Under the pieces are notes generated by a model. That model saw only the letters and a program-made list of their open reading frames with translations. It was not told where the DNA came from and did no database searches. From contig DFRJ01000002.1 in NCBI GenBank assembly GCA_002378195.1, positions 204,816 through 268,815 on the forward strand: a stretch of 64,000 nucleotides of DNA, in the 5' to 3' direction. The DNA is from Patescibacteria group bacterium UBA3466. GTDB lineage: Bacteria > Patescibacteriota > Minisyncoccia > Phycocordibacterales > UBA918. Made by a program: the position numbers and the translations under genes. How positions within the stretch are numbered: the stretch's first letter is position 1; each line of letters begins with the position of its first letter. This document shows positions 26,895-36,492 of this stretch, piece after piece.

Positions 26895-28262
26895 TTACTC
26901 ATTATCCTTCAATTCTTCAATAATTATGATTTCTTCCGGGTCTTCAGGGAAGTTTCTCTTCCAAAACGGCGTTATGTGGGCTCGAGCTTCTTTAATCCCA
27001 GGGTAAGCTTCTACGGCATTCCGAATGGCGGTCTTTGGTAATCCGGCCAAATCTCTAGCTAGTGCCAAACCATCATACTCCCAGATAAGCAACGGTCGTC
27101 CATTAAGGGTGAAAGATAGAGATGTTTCATTAGCAATAATGCTTGAGCTTGTGGTTGCGTTGGTATAGGTAAAGGTGATAACGCTTGGATCATCTACTCG
27201 CACGTCACCCCCGTCGTAGGTAGCCACTGCTTCATTGGCCAAGAATGAGCCAAATTCTGTCATCTGGAATAATGGAATTTGTAGAATAGCCTGCTCTCTA
27301 ATGGTGACCAGATCATCACCGTACTCTACGGCAGGTAATTCATTAAAGGTCATGGCTACAGCATTTGGGAAAGCAATGAATCCGGCTGGCTTTTCGTTGT
27401 CGATTCTTTGTAAAAGTCCGTTGCGGAGCTCTAGTTGTAGAGCTTGTCGAGCAGTGCTTAGCTCGTCAGGGTCAATTTGGAATTGCGGACCACTAAAACC
27501 ACCAGATAGCGCTTCCGGGTTTCTGGCGGAAATAGCATTGAATAACTCGGTAAATCCACCTTCCTCAAAACCAGGGATATCAAATCTAGTGCCGGCAGCC
27601 AGGTTGTATTCTTCACCAGCTTCTTCGGCAAAAACTTCAGCTTGGATTGTGCCCGGTACGCTACTTCCGTCTCCGCTTACTACAGCACCAGGGACAACCA
27701 CAGATTCTTGGATGCGGAAAATAAGACCGTCCGGACTTCTAAACCGAGTGTTCTTGATGAGTCTTTCTGCTCCGGCAGTAGTCTTTATGATTTCAATGAC
27801 ACCAGTGGCCTGCTCTTCAACTTGCACTTGTCCGCTAGCAGCGACTTGCCTTTCACCGGTTGCTTCAAGTGTTAGGACTTCGTAGCCAAGAGCATTCTCT
27901 CGCTGATCAGGATAGGCGATAAATTCAGCGCTAATGTTTGGCTGCCTGTTTTCTGGGTAAATAGTCAGCTCTGTCTTCCCCATAAGAGCACTGAGTCCAA
28001 TAGCGCCTCCAACAATGACTACAAATAAAACGACAGAGATAACCAGTCGGTTATTAGCTTTCTTTACACCATCTTCTATTATGATGTTTGGTACATGTTC
28101 TCTGCTGCCAATATCAAGCGTGCCTGAAGTCTCCTCAGGTTCGTTATCAAATTCTTCAACCGGCTCAGCAGTTCTCGGCTTACTCATTTCTGGCCTGGCT
28201 GGTCTGCGGGGACGTCTTGGTTCTGCTGGACGAATGTCCTGTAGGTTCCATTTTTTTGTCAT
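26895..28262 (-). CDS. Hypothetical single-pass membrane protein (455 aa) with a Pro/Arg-rich cytoplasmic N-terminus and a large extracytoplasmic domain.
   Basis: A TM segment (VISVVLFVVIVGGAIGLSALM). No recognisable catalytic motifs were found. Confidence 0.5.
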   Translation of the reverse strand: MTKKWNLQDIRPAEPRRPRRPARPEMSKPRTAEPVEEFDNEPEETSGTLDIGSREHVPNIIIEDGVKKANNRLVISVVLFVVIVGGAIGLSALMGKTELTIYPENRQPNISAEFIAYPDQRENALGYEVLTLEATGERQVAASGQVQVEEQATGVIEIIKTTAGAERLIKNTRFRSPDGLIFRIQESVVVPGAVVSGDGSSVPGTIQAEVFAEEAGEEYNLAAGTRFDIPGFEEGGFTELFNAISARNPEALSGGFSGPQFQIDPDELSTARQALQLELRNGLLQRIDNEKPAGFIAFPNAVAMTFNELPAVEYGDDLVTIREQAILQIPLFQMTEFGSFLANEAVATYDGGDVRVDDPSVITFTYTNATTSSSIIANETSLSFTLNGRPLLIWEYDGLALARDLAGLPKTAIRNAVEAYPGIKEARAHITPFWKRNFPEDPEEIIIIEELKDNE

Positions 28263-28290
28263 AACGTTGTCTTAATAACAGTATAGCTGT

Positions 28291-29511
28291 TTACATGTAC
28301 TCAAATGAGTCTTTAGCTGGCTTGATGTGGAAAAACTGAGCAGACAGTAAAAGGGCCGTGTCTTTCTGGCTATTCTTTTGGTCTTCCTCTTGATACCTGC
28401 CCAATATTTCTGAGGATATTGGAGTAACATGAGGATCAGTTTTGATTGCCGATTTTGCCGCATCTCGAATCATTTCTTTAAAGAAATATTCACCTGATAG
28501 GTCTGCATGCACAAAGATGTTTCCAGGTATGGAAAGTGCGTCACCTGTCTCGTGCAGTAGTGCTGACACTTTATCAGTATACTTTTTGAGCATTATTTTT
28601 ACTTCTTCTTTTTGCTTGTCAGGTAGCTTGCCAAGGAAAGACATTGGCTCATCAGTATGGAGGTAGCCAAATGCTTCCGCCAGAGGAACGTTTGTAATTT
28701 CTGAGATTTCTCTCGCAATTGTGTAGGATCCAAAGGGAATGTGAGTGCAGTAAGTCAGAGTGCCGTCCCGAACGATACCAATTTCGGTTGCCTCGTAGGT
28801 TATATCAACTAGGCAAGCCTCCTTTGTGTGTTGCGATACTTCCTTTACTATCAGATAGAGGGCGGTAATAAAGGATGATTTTGAGACTTCTGTATTTGGA
28901 AATAGTTTATCTTTTAGTTCATCAATGGCATCGATTAGATACTGTTGGATTACGGTACTGGCTTGGTAGATAGAAACTTCCTTTGACCGGTTGCCCGCAG
29001 GGTTGGCTATTTGGTAACCATTGGCTGTTATACCCATAGTGAGCTCAGACACTAAGTCGAGACCCAGTTCTGATAATTTTTTGTTCTGAGTAAGTTCTTC
29101 TCTTACTTTCTTTTCAATGGTTTCCTCAAGCTCTTCAATGAGCTCTTCGGTAATCATGAATGCTTCCTCCTGCTTATAGTTGATGCTCTTCGTAACCGTG
29201 TATGACCAAGGGGCTGAAACAGTGCATTGTAATTCAGTGAGCTTCGCTGATTTATCAAATTCAGATAGCGCCTTTCGCCCTTCTGTTTCTAGGATCATTG
29301 AGCAGTTTACTAAGGCTGTAGTTACAGCTTTGGCACTTTGTTCCAGCGAGTCTATGTTTTTTAGTGGCGCTTTCTCGCGATGAGACCAAATTATAGACGG
29401 ACTTGAGTTTTTGGGATCAGAAAAAATAATGGCTGCTAATACGCTGGCCGAGCCGATATCTAAGATCACACCATACCTTTGGTGTTCATGATTACCGCCA
29501 AATAGTGACAT
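28291..29511 (-). CDS. Actin-fold (ASKHA) ATPase, divergent FtsA/PilM-like.
   Basis: Phosphate-1-like GVILDIGSASVLAAI near the N-terminus. Phosphate-2-like CLVDITYEATEIGIVRDG at about residue 235, which is the FtsA/PilM spacing. IPFGSYTIAREISEI resembles the FtsA connect region. It is degenerate. Confidence 0.4.
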   Translation of the reverse strand: MSLFGGNHEHQRYGVILDIGSASVLAAIIFSDPKNSSPSIIWSHREKAPLKNIDSLEQSAKAVTTALVNCSMILETEGRKALSEFDKSAKLTELQCTVSAPWSYTVTKSINYKQEEAFMITEELIEELEETIEKKVREELTQNKKLSELGLDLVSELTMGITANGYQIANPAGNRSKEVSIYQASTVIQQYLIDAIDELKDKLFPNTEVSKSSFITALYLIVKEVSQHTKEACLVDITYEATEIGIVRDGTLTYCTHIPFGSYTIAREISEITNVPLAEAFGYLHTDEPMSFLGKLPDKQKEEVKIMLKKYTDKVSALLHETGDALSIPGNIFVHADLSGEYFFKEMIRDAAKSAIKTDPHVTPISSEILGRYQEEDQKNSQKDTALLLSAQFFHIKPAKDSFEYM

Positions 29512-29564
29512 ACGGTAAGTATATCATTTGGTGCCATAGAACCGTTTGCCTGAGGGGATAATTC

Positions 29565-31517
29565 TTATACTAGAACCGCCTTAATTCTCCTGATGCCAGC
29601 TGAAGATGACTCTTCTTTCTTTATTTTGAATGTACCCTTGATATCAGATAGTGTTTCTACATGTGGACCACCACATAGCTCTCGTGAGAACATAGTGCCG
29701 TCATCCCCTTTTATGTTATAGACTTTAACCTCATCCGGGTAACGATCCCAAAAACTACCCTCCACAGTTGGATCATTTTCTGCTTCAGATTTAGGCATTT
29801 GTTCCACGTAGACTTCCCCACCAGTTTTAATTGCGTCGTTTACCCACTCTTCAATTTTGTCCAAAGTATCTCGGTCTACCTTCTCTGGGTGCGTGAAGTC
29901 AAATCGTAGTCTCTCACCAGTAATATTTGACCCAGCTTGGTGAATATGGTCTCCAAGGAAGTGCCTCAAGGCAGCGAGCATTAAGTGTGTCGCAGTGTGG
30001 TACTGGACGACTTGGTCAGAATTGTCTGCCAGTCCACCTTTAAACTTTTGTTCAGCTCCGGCTCGTGATTTTGCTCGGTGTTCATCCATGAGTTTTTGAA
30101 AACCTTTGATATCTACAGTCAAACCTTTTTCCGCAGCTATTTCTTCAGTTAATTCTATTGGGAATCCGTAAGTGGTAAACAGTTCGAATGCGTTCTTCGC
30201 TCCAATAGTACGCTTTCCAACCGGTGGAACATCTTTGTCGACCACTTTCTTACCGTCAACTTCTTTAGTGGTTAGGTGTACTTCAAGTGAAATCTTACTA
30301 AATTGTTTCAAACCATTCTCAAGGGTTTTTCTAAACTGCGACTCTTCCTTTTGTATTGCTTCAAGGATGCTGTCTCGCTGCTCCGAGAGGTTGGTGTAGT
30401 GGTTTCGATACATGTCTATTACTCCATCAGCCAGATTCTTGAACTCACCGTTGGGAATTTCAAGTTTGTCAGCAAAACGCACTGCTCGCCGTAGCAGTCT
30501 CCGTACAAAGTAGCCTTGTTCTGAGTTGCTTGGCATTACATCATCACCAATCATGAAAACAGCTCCTCTAATGTGGTCAGTAATAACCCTAAAAGCTTCA
30601 GTGTTAGAGTCATATGTCTTACCTGATAATGTTTGGATTTTCTCGATAACGTTCCAAAGCAGGTCCACTTTATAGACGTCAGGTGAGTTGTTGGCAGCAG
30701 CTGCAATTCGCTCTAATCCCCCACCGAAATCAACATTTTGCTTTGGTAGCTTCTCAAAACCATTTTCAGTTTTGATGTATTCCATGAATACGGAGTTACC
30801 AACTTCCATGAAGCGTCCATTATCACTAGCCGGATGACTAAACTTACCGAATTTTTCGGGATCATGAATAGAGTCTGATGGATCAAAATCATAGAACATT
30901 TCGCTGTCGCCTCCCCCAATCTCACCGACCGGCATATTTTCTGGTACTCCGGCTCGGCTCCACCAGTTTTCTTTGGCATCATAGTAGAAAATTCGTTCAC
31001 CTTCCTTCATCCCTCTCTCGGCAGCCTCTTCAGCTGAACCCATATGAGCAATGCCGTGAGACAAACCTCGTTTCTTAAATTCCTCTTGCCAAATCATAGC
31101 TGCCTCTTCGTCTTTGGGGATACCCGCCTGCTCATCGCCGGCGAAGACAGTTACATAGAAGTTCTCAGGATTCAGACCGACTACATCAAGGTAAAAACTG
31201 GCAATCCACGGGATTTGTTCCTTCTTAAAATAGTCACCTAGCGACCAATTACCCAACATTTCAAAGAAGGTGGTATGGCTAGTGTCACCCACTTCATCAA
31301 TGTCTTCGGCTCGAAAGCACTTTTGTGAGTCGGTCAGACGGGTTCCTTTTGGATGTGGTTCTCCGAGCAAGTATGGGACTAGTGGTTGCATGCCGCTTCC
31401 AGTAAATAGGGTTGTAGGATCATTATCGGGCACTAAAGCAGCGGATGGAAGAACAGCGTGCTGGCGTTCCGCCATAAAATCTAAGTATTTTTTTCTAATA
31501 TCATTTCCGCCAACCAT
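29565..31517 (-). CDS. alaS: Alanyl-tRNA synthetase, short form (650 aa) lacking the C-terminal C-Ala/DHHA1 domain.
   Basis: A class II core (FTGSGMQ, FRAEDIDEVGDTSHTTFFEMLGNWS) and an editing domain (HTATHLMLAALR...CGGPHV). Confidence 0.9.
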   Translation of the reverse strand: MVGGNDIRKKYLDFMAERQHAVLPSAALVPDNDPTTLFTGSGMQPLVPYLLGEPHPKGTRLTDSQKCFRAEDIDEVGDTSHTTFFEMLGNWSLGDYFKKEQIPWIASFYLDVVGLNPENFYVTVFAGDEQAGIPKDEEAAMIWQEEFKKRGLSHGIAHMGSAEEAAERGMKEGERIFYYDAKENWWSRAGVPENMPVGEIGGGDSEMFYDFDPSDSIHDPEKFGKFSHPASDNGRFMEVGNSVFMEYIKTENGFEKLPKQNVDFGGGLERIAAAANNSPDVYKVDLLWNVIEKIQTLSGKTYDSNTEAFRVITDHIRGAVFMIGDDVMPSNSEQGYFVRRLLRRAVRFADKLEIPNGEFKNLADGVIDMYRNHYTNLSEQRDSILEAIQKEESQFRKTLENGLKQFSKISLEVHLTTKEVDGKKVVDKDVPPVGKRTIGAKNAFELFTTYGFPIELTEEIAAEKGLTVDIKGFQKLMDEHRAKSRAGAEQKFKGGLADNSDQVVQYHTATHLMLAALRHFLGDHIHQAGSNITGERLRFDFTHPEKVDRDTLDKIEEWVNDAIKTGGEVYVEQMPKSEAENDPTVEGSFWDRYPDEVKVYNIKGDDGTMFSRELCGGPHVETLSDIKGTFKIKKEESSSAGIRRIKAVLV

Positions 31518-31560
31518 AGTAAAAGCTTAATTTTGTAGCTTTGAATATAGCATAAAATCC

Positions 31561-31845
31561 TTACTGTGCTAGTAGTGTAGCCGCTGCCATCTGGCAATCT
31601 GACCCGAAGCAATCTAGCATCGATACGAAATCATAGAAATAGATTTCCAGCCCATAACCAAATACGATTAAAATCAAACCAATAATGGTGAGAGTGTGTT
31701 CTAGTCTAAAGCTCTTGAGAACTTTCTGATCAATCTTCTTTTCATGAGCTAGCTCTGAGTGAGCTATGAGTACACCTACGGCCAGCATCACCTTACCGAT
31801 CATGCTAATTGTGAGTCCCCAGAAGAGTAAATTCATAGTAATCAT
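31561..31845 (-). CDS. Small 2-TM membrane protein, hypothetical.
   Basis: Two hydrophobic helices in 94 aa. Confidence 0.4.
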   Translation of the reverse strand: MITMNLLFWGLTISMIGKVMLAVGVLIAHSELAHEKKIDQKVLKSFRLEHTLTIIGLILIVFGYGLEIYFYDFVSMLDCFGSDCQMAAATLLAQ

Positions 31846-31855
31846 TACTTGGCCA

Positions 31856-33139
31856 TTATACCCCTTTGATAAATTTTAACAGGTCTTTCTTAACAGTTTT
31901 GGTTGGGCCTGCTGCACTAATGACCAGCTGGCGTGGATCTAGGTGTTTCTTGATTGCTTGATTGACTTCCTTGCGAGTGAGCTTATCTATTTTATCTTTG
32001 TGCACTTTCATTTCAGCAAGACTAAAGCCGTGAACGTGGTAATTATGCAAATCTGCCAACATACCTCCAATTGAATCGTTGACCAGTGTTTGGCCAGTTT
32101 TGGTAATAGTCTTGAATCTGGATAGTTCCTCCTCAGTAATCCCGTGCTGGTAGAATTTCTTAAGCTCTCGATAAGTTGATGCTATGCCTTGCAGTGCTTT
32201 GTCTGGTGCAAAGAATGTCATGATGCGCCATAGACCCTGCTCATTATTCGAAAACCCTTGCAGTGATCCGTAAATACCGTACGTTAGGCCTTCTTTTTCG
32301 CGTACGGTACTCATCAGTCTACCTGAAAAGCCGCCCCATTTAGCTAGTACATTGATTCCTAGGGTTAGTGGCAAATAATCGGGATGATGGAGTGTAATTG
32401 GTATAGGAGCTCCAATGCTGAAGTCGATGTTGGAACGGCTAGGGATATTTGTGGTTACAAGAGCCGCCTTAGGTTGGAGTTGTTTATGGGGACCGGAGTT
32501 GTTGGTCGCATTTTTGACAATAATCTTATCAAGAAATCGTTTGGTGAAATCGATATCAGCTTGTTTACCTGCAACAGATACTATCCAGCGAGATTGCCTG
32601 ACTTTGTTGTGTAGGGCAACAAAGTTTGTCTTAGATACTGTTGGTACAGCTGCAATGATTTCGTCGATTGGCTGAGAATACTTCCTGTCGGCTGGTCCAT
32701 AAAGTTTATTTAGGAGATTGGAGTGCGCAATAGAGCGACTGTCTTCCTTGGCTTGTTCCAATTCATTGATACTGGTGTCCTTAATCCTTTTTATTTCTTT
32801 ACTATTGAATGTTGGTTCTGTGAACATTAATTCTACTAGCTTGAGTAGTTTTTTATACTGCTCTCCTCGACATTTGAGGGTCGCGATCAAATAACCATTG
32901 GCAATCTTAACGCTAACGCTAGCACCAAGTAGGTTTATAGCACCGATAAATTCATCGCGTGTCATGCTACCAGCGCCTGAAAGCAAGGAGTCAGCATACA
33001 TGTGCTCTACGGCTTGGGATTTTTGAGTTCCAGCTGCGCTATGCAGATCTATCGTAATGTTAGTGGTTACAGTTGGAACGTTAGCTTCAATAGAGGCCAA
33101 AGAGAATTTTTGCGCTGATTTATCTATATTATATTTCAT
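31856..33139 (-). CDS. M16 (pitrilysin/insulinase) family protein, non-catalytic partner (no HxxEH).
   Basis: An M16 fold-like N-terminus without the zinc motif. It pairs with the upstream catalytic M16. The start was trimmed to the MKYNID Met to avoid overlap. Confidence 0.72.
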   Translation of the reverse strand: MKYNIDKSAQKFSLASIEANVPTVTTNITIDLHSAAGTQKSQAVEHMYADSLLSGAGSMTRDEFIGAINLLGASVSVKIANGYLIATLKCRGEQYKKLLKLVELMFTEPTFNSKEIKRIKDTSINELEQAKEDSRSIAHSNLLNKLYGPADRKYSQPIDEIIAAVPTVSKTNFVALHNKVRQSRWIVSVAGKQADIDFTKRFLDKIIVKNATNNSGPHKQLQPKAALVTTNIPSRSNIDFSIGAPIPITLHHPDYLPLTLGINVLAKWGGFSGRLMSTVREKEGLTYGIYGSLQGFSNNEQGLWRIMTFFAPDKALQGIASTYRELKKFYQHGITEEELSRFKTITKTGQTLVNDSIGGMLADLHNYHVHGFSLAEMKVHKDKIDKLTRKEVNQAIKKHLDPRQLVISAAGPTKTVKKDLLKFIKGV

Positions 33140-33140
33140 A

Positions 33141-34457
33141 CTAATTATTTCCCTTAAAGTACCCAATAGTCAGATTGCTTTCTACAAAAAGTTTGCTAAG
33201 TAGTTGCAGTATTTGCTTAGTGGAGATTTGCTTGAGAATGTTCGGTGTCTCTTCGTATCTTTCCCAGTGTCCTGATGCAACGTACTCGGTTAGTTCCTGA
33301 CAAATTTTCAGTGAGTGTTGTCTTGAGAAAAGTTCTTGGGTGAGAATCTGTTCCTTACTCTTTTTTATCAAGTTATCAATGGTTGATTTATCCAGTGCTG
33401 AAATAGCATGTAATACTAAACTCTCAATCTCTTCGTGTTCTTGACCCTTAGCTAAGTTGATGGATATCATACCCAGGTTTTCTTCCGAAGTCGGCTCGAT
33501 GGCGCCTGAAACACTCGATGCCTTACCAGTATCTACTAGTAATTTGTGCAGCAGGCTTTCGGCGCCGCCGGTTAATACATCCAGCATAATAGTTGTTGCA
33601 AACCACTCTTGTGAAGGGAATCCGGAATGCTTGAAGCCAATAGCCAGCAGATTTGTGGTTGACGGTCTGGTGATTGTGACGCGTCTCAGTCCCTCTTGTT
33701 TTGGCTCTCTGATTGAGAAGCGTGGAATGGCGGTCTTTGGACTACTAATGCCACTGAAATGCTTCTTCACCGCTTTTAGCGCAGTGTCTCGATCAATGTC
33801 ACCTACGACCATCATTACGGCATTGTCTGGTCGGTAATAATCTCTATAAAATTTCTCCAGTTTAGCTGGTGTATAGTCCTCAATGTCTTCACGATAACCA
33901 ATTGTTTCGTGTCCGTATGGATGAGAGTGGTAGGCCGTACTCACCATTTGTACGCTTAGTGCAAAATCAGGGTCTCCGTTGTACATATCGAACTCACTCA
34001 AAACATTACCTCGTTCAGGATTAAGCTCTTTGTCGTTAAGGATTACGCCGGTCATCCTTTCAGCTTCAATTTGCAATGCCTCATCTAGCATATCTGTTGG
34101 GTAGCTAAAATAATATGTAGTTCGATCCTTCCAGGTATTGGCATTAAGTACGCTTCCAGTATTTCTCTCAAAATTCATGCTCCAGCTGTCAGTTAAACCC
34201 CGAGCACGGTCAAAGTTGGTGGGTTTAAAAAGCATGTGCTCAAGCATGTGAGCAACTCCAGTTTCGCCTCTCGCTTCATCGCGAGCACCAACTAAGTAGG
34301 TGATGTTTGAAGTAACCACCCCAGTTTCTGGACGATTATAAAAGAGTACTCGAAGACCGTTTCTTCTCAGTCGGTATTCTTCAATACCAGATACGGTCTT
34401 TATATATTCATAACCAGCAAGTTGGGTTTTAGCTTGGTTCGCTGTTCTTTTCTTGGA
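33141..34457 (-). CDS. M16 family zinc peptidase, catalytic subunit.
   Basis: An inverted zinc motif HMLEH(x)n E: GETGVAHMLEHMLFK. The start is the MSKKRT Met, with a 29-nt overlap with the upstream HD gene. Confidence 0.8.
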   Translation of the reverse strand, partial: SKKRTANQAKTQLAGYEYIKTVSGIEEYRLRRNGLRVLFYNRPETGVVTSNITYLVGARDEARGETGVAHMLEHMLFKPTNFDRARGLTDSWSMNFERNTGSVLNANTWKDRTTYYFSYPTDMLDEALQIEAERMTGVILNDKELNPERGNVLSEFDMYNGDPDFALSVQMVSTAYHSHPYGHETIGYREDIEDYTPAKLEKFYRDYYRPDNAVMMVVGDIDRDTALKAVKKHFSGISSPKTAIPRFSIREPKQEGLRRVTITRPSTTNLLAIGFKHSGFPSQEWFATTIMLDVLTGGAESLLHKLLVDTGKASSVSGAIEPTSEENLGMISINLAKGQEHEEIESLVLHAISALDKSTIDNLIKKSKEQILTQELFSRQHSLKICQELTEYVASGHWERYEETPNILKQISTKQILQLLSKLFVESNLTIGYFKGNN

Positions 34458-35025
34458 CATCAAAAATGAAATTCTTAAACTCTTCAAAGGTCTGATTAAA
34501 TTCGTGCACAATACCATCTGACAACCGACTATTTATTGCGTTAGCTATGTTTTGATAGGCTTCGAGTTGATTTTCTAAGCTGTTGCCAAAATCCCTGAAG
34601 AAACCGTGGTGGTCATCGAAATAATCTTCAACTATACATCTAAAATTATGTGTCTTGTCGGCAGCCGACACCAAGACAGATTCTATCGGTGCTTTCTTAA
34701 GCTTCTTGGCGTAGTTTTGTTTAACTTGAAGCCAAGGGATCCGCTCGCCATTTTTGTACTCTTCTTCAGTGACGTGCTCTACAATGTTGGCTACGTTGTC
34801 ACCGAAATCAGTTTTAAGCTCCTCCAGTGTGTAATCGGTGTCTTCAATAGTGTCGTGAAGTAGCGCCGCAACGAGAGTGTCCTCATCTTCCGTATAATCG
34901 CGTAGAATCATGGTTACAGCCATTAAGTGAGTGATATAGGGTAGCGGAATGTCACCCTTACGCACTTGATCCTGATGCAATAGTGCGGCTGCTTTTATGG
35001 CTTGCTCTACTTTATAAGAGTACAT
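34429..35025 (-). CDS. HD-domain protein resembling the SpoT/Mesh1 (p)ppGpp-hydrolase domain (small alarmone hydrolase-like).
   Basis: ITHLMAVTMIL...TLVAALLHDTIEDT (the HD...HDxxED pattern of the RelA/SpoT HD domain). 198 aa. Confidence 0.6.
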   Translation of the reverse strand: MYSYKVEQAIKAAALLHQDQVRKGDIPLPYITHLMAVTMILRDYTEDEDTLVAALLHDTIEDTDYTLEELKTDFGDNVANIVEHVTEEEYKNGERIPWLQVKQNYAKKLKKAPIESVLVSAADKTHNFRCIVEDYFDDHHGFFRDFGNSLENQLEAYQNIANAINSRLSDGIVHEFNQTFEEFKNFIFDVQEKNSEPS

Positions 35026-35028
35026 AGT

Positions 35029-35373
35029 TTATATTCTTTGTAGTTCACGATGTAAAGCCTCTACATCCTTTTTTAGGTTTCTAACGGTCTGTTTCTTGCG
35101 CTCCATTGTTCTTCGGATCTGATTCGCGTCTGCAAGTAGCTTTTGGGCTTCTTCTAGCTCGGAAGCTGCATCAGGATTATCCTTATCGCGGCGTAGTTGT
35201 GACACCCGACGCTCGTAGTTGCTAATCTCACTGATAATTCTATCCTCCTCTATTATCTGCTCTACATATTGTCGCACCTCCCCTACCAAGCTCATGATAG
35301 CAGAATTTTGAATGTGGATGTCTTTTGAAGCCAGAGCAGCTGACACTTTTGCTTGTAGTTCACGTGTACTCAT
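35029..35373 (-). CDS. Hypothetical coiled-coil protein (114 aa).
   Basis: Predicted to be all coiled coil. It is translationally coupled (ATGA) to the upstream MGMT-domain gene. Confidence 0.45.
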   Translation of the reverse strand: MSTRELQAKVSAALASKDIHIQNSAIMSLVGEVRQYVEQIIEEDRIISEISNYERRVSQLRRDKDNPDAASELEEAQKLLADANQIRRTMERKKQTVRNLKKDVEALHRELQRI

Positions 35374-35639
35374 GTCTTCATAGTATATCCTTCACTCTCT
35401 AATAGTGCACGCTTCTTATCTTCACCTCCGCGATTGTAGTCTCCTAGCTGGCCATCACTTCTGATCACGCGATGACACGGTATGTTCGGATCAAAATTAT
35501 TAGCCATAACGTTGGCAACAGCTCGGTATGCTTTTGGATTGCCGGCCAATTTAGCCACTTCTTTGTAGGAGAGTACATGGCCAACCTCTATTTGGCGCAC
35601 AACATTCTTAACTCTATGTGAAAATTTCCGGCCAGCCAT
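35370..35639 (-). CDS. Stand-alone MGMT/Ogt C-terminal DNA-binding domain protein that retains the active-site Cys (PCHRV).
   Basis: VLSYKEVAKLAGNPKAYRAVANVMANN...IPCHRVIRSDGQLGDYNRGGEDKKRALLESEG. Confidence 0.7.
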   Translation of the reverse strand: MAGRKFSHRVKNVVRQIEVGHVLSYKEVAKLAGNPKAYRAVANVMANNFDPNIPCHRVIRSDGQLGDYNRGGEDKKRALLESEGYTMKT

Positions 35640-35641
35640 TA

Positions 35642-36430
35642 TTACTTTTTGACGTTAGCAAAGTGTATCGCTTGCAACTTTTTGCCAGCCGCTTCTCTAT
35701 ATGGACAATACTCGCAATCTTCCCCACACGGCGGCAAGTCCTTTCTGTCTAGGCAGGTCTTAATTTCAATTAGAGTGTCTTCTATCCACTTGGTGTCTGC
35801 TACTACTGGCACTAGTGTCGTTTCAAACTGAAGCTGATTGTTAAACGCTTCAAGGTTCTTGTCAGCATTGGCGTAAACCAAGTAGCCAGTATCTTGAACT
35901 TTGAAACCATTTTTCTCTAAGAGCCAGCGGTACACACCAAGCTGTCGAGCGTATTGCTTTTCCCAGGGTGAGTCACCTAGCTTGTCTATCGTACCTTCCT
36001 TTGAGGTCGATTTATAGTCAACAATTATCAGCTCCCCTTCGCTATTGATCCAAATATCGTCCACTCCTCCGCTTACTACGAGCCCAGTCTCGGCGTGAGT
36101 GTGGGTTATACCAACAAACGGGTCGCGCCAGGTTTCTAGATCATGGTGAGCAAATGGTACGGCCTTGATTTCGTATTTATCCATTATCGGATGAGGAGTT
36201 TTGGTTGCTCGGTACTTATCAAATTCGTTCTTAAATAGCTCATCGACCGCAATATTCAAATTGAATGATGGGAAACCTGGTCGTTTAGTCCCTAGCACAT
36301 TGTCGAGGTAAAAACACCTTGGGCACTCAAAGAAATAGTCTATTTTTGATCGTGATAACTTCCACTTCTTGCCTTTGTAATTCCACTCGGCTGATCGATT
36401 GGGATTATATCTGTATCTATATTCTGCCAT
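35642..36430 (-). CDS. Cas4/RecB-like PD-(D/E)xK nuclease with a 4Fe-4S Cys cluster (stand-alone, no CRISPR).
   Basis: An N-terminal CPRC, motif II IVDYKS, a QxxxY (EKQYARQLGVY), and a C-terminal CGEDCEYC. Confidence 0.65.
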   Translation of the reverse strand: MAEYRYRYNPNRSAEWNYKGKKWKLSRSKIDYFFECPRCFYLDNVLGTKRPGFPSFNLNIAVDELFKNEFDKYRATKTPHPIMDKYEIKAVPFAHHDLETWRDPFVGITHTHAETGLVVSGGVDDIWINSEGELIIVDYKSTSKEGTIDKLGDSPWEKQYARQLGVYRWLLEKNGFKVQDTGYLVYANADKNLEAFNNQLQFETTLVPVVADTKWIEDTLIEIKTCLDRKDLPPCGEDCEYCPYREAAGKKLQAIHFANVKK

Positions 36431-36463
36431 TTGATGATTATATCATTGATAAAGAGTCAAAAT

Positions 36464-36492
36464 AAAAAAAGCCCGCAACTGCGGGCTTTTTT
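36464..36492. terminator. Bidirectional intrinsic terminator.
   Basis: AAAAAAA-GCCCGC-aact-GCGGGC-TTTTTT. Confidence 0.75.

Noticed and set aside
27235-27885. A 216-aa plus ORF inside the 455-aa membrane-protein gene, and similar long plus-strand ORFs (e.g. 44016..44561 in leuS, 30172.. in alaS).
   Set aside because: They are antisense to genes with strong homology signals or coherent domain structure. They are Ser/Pro/Cys-rich.
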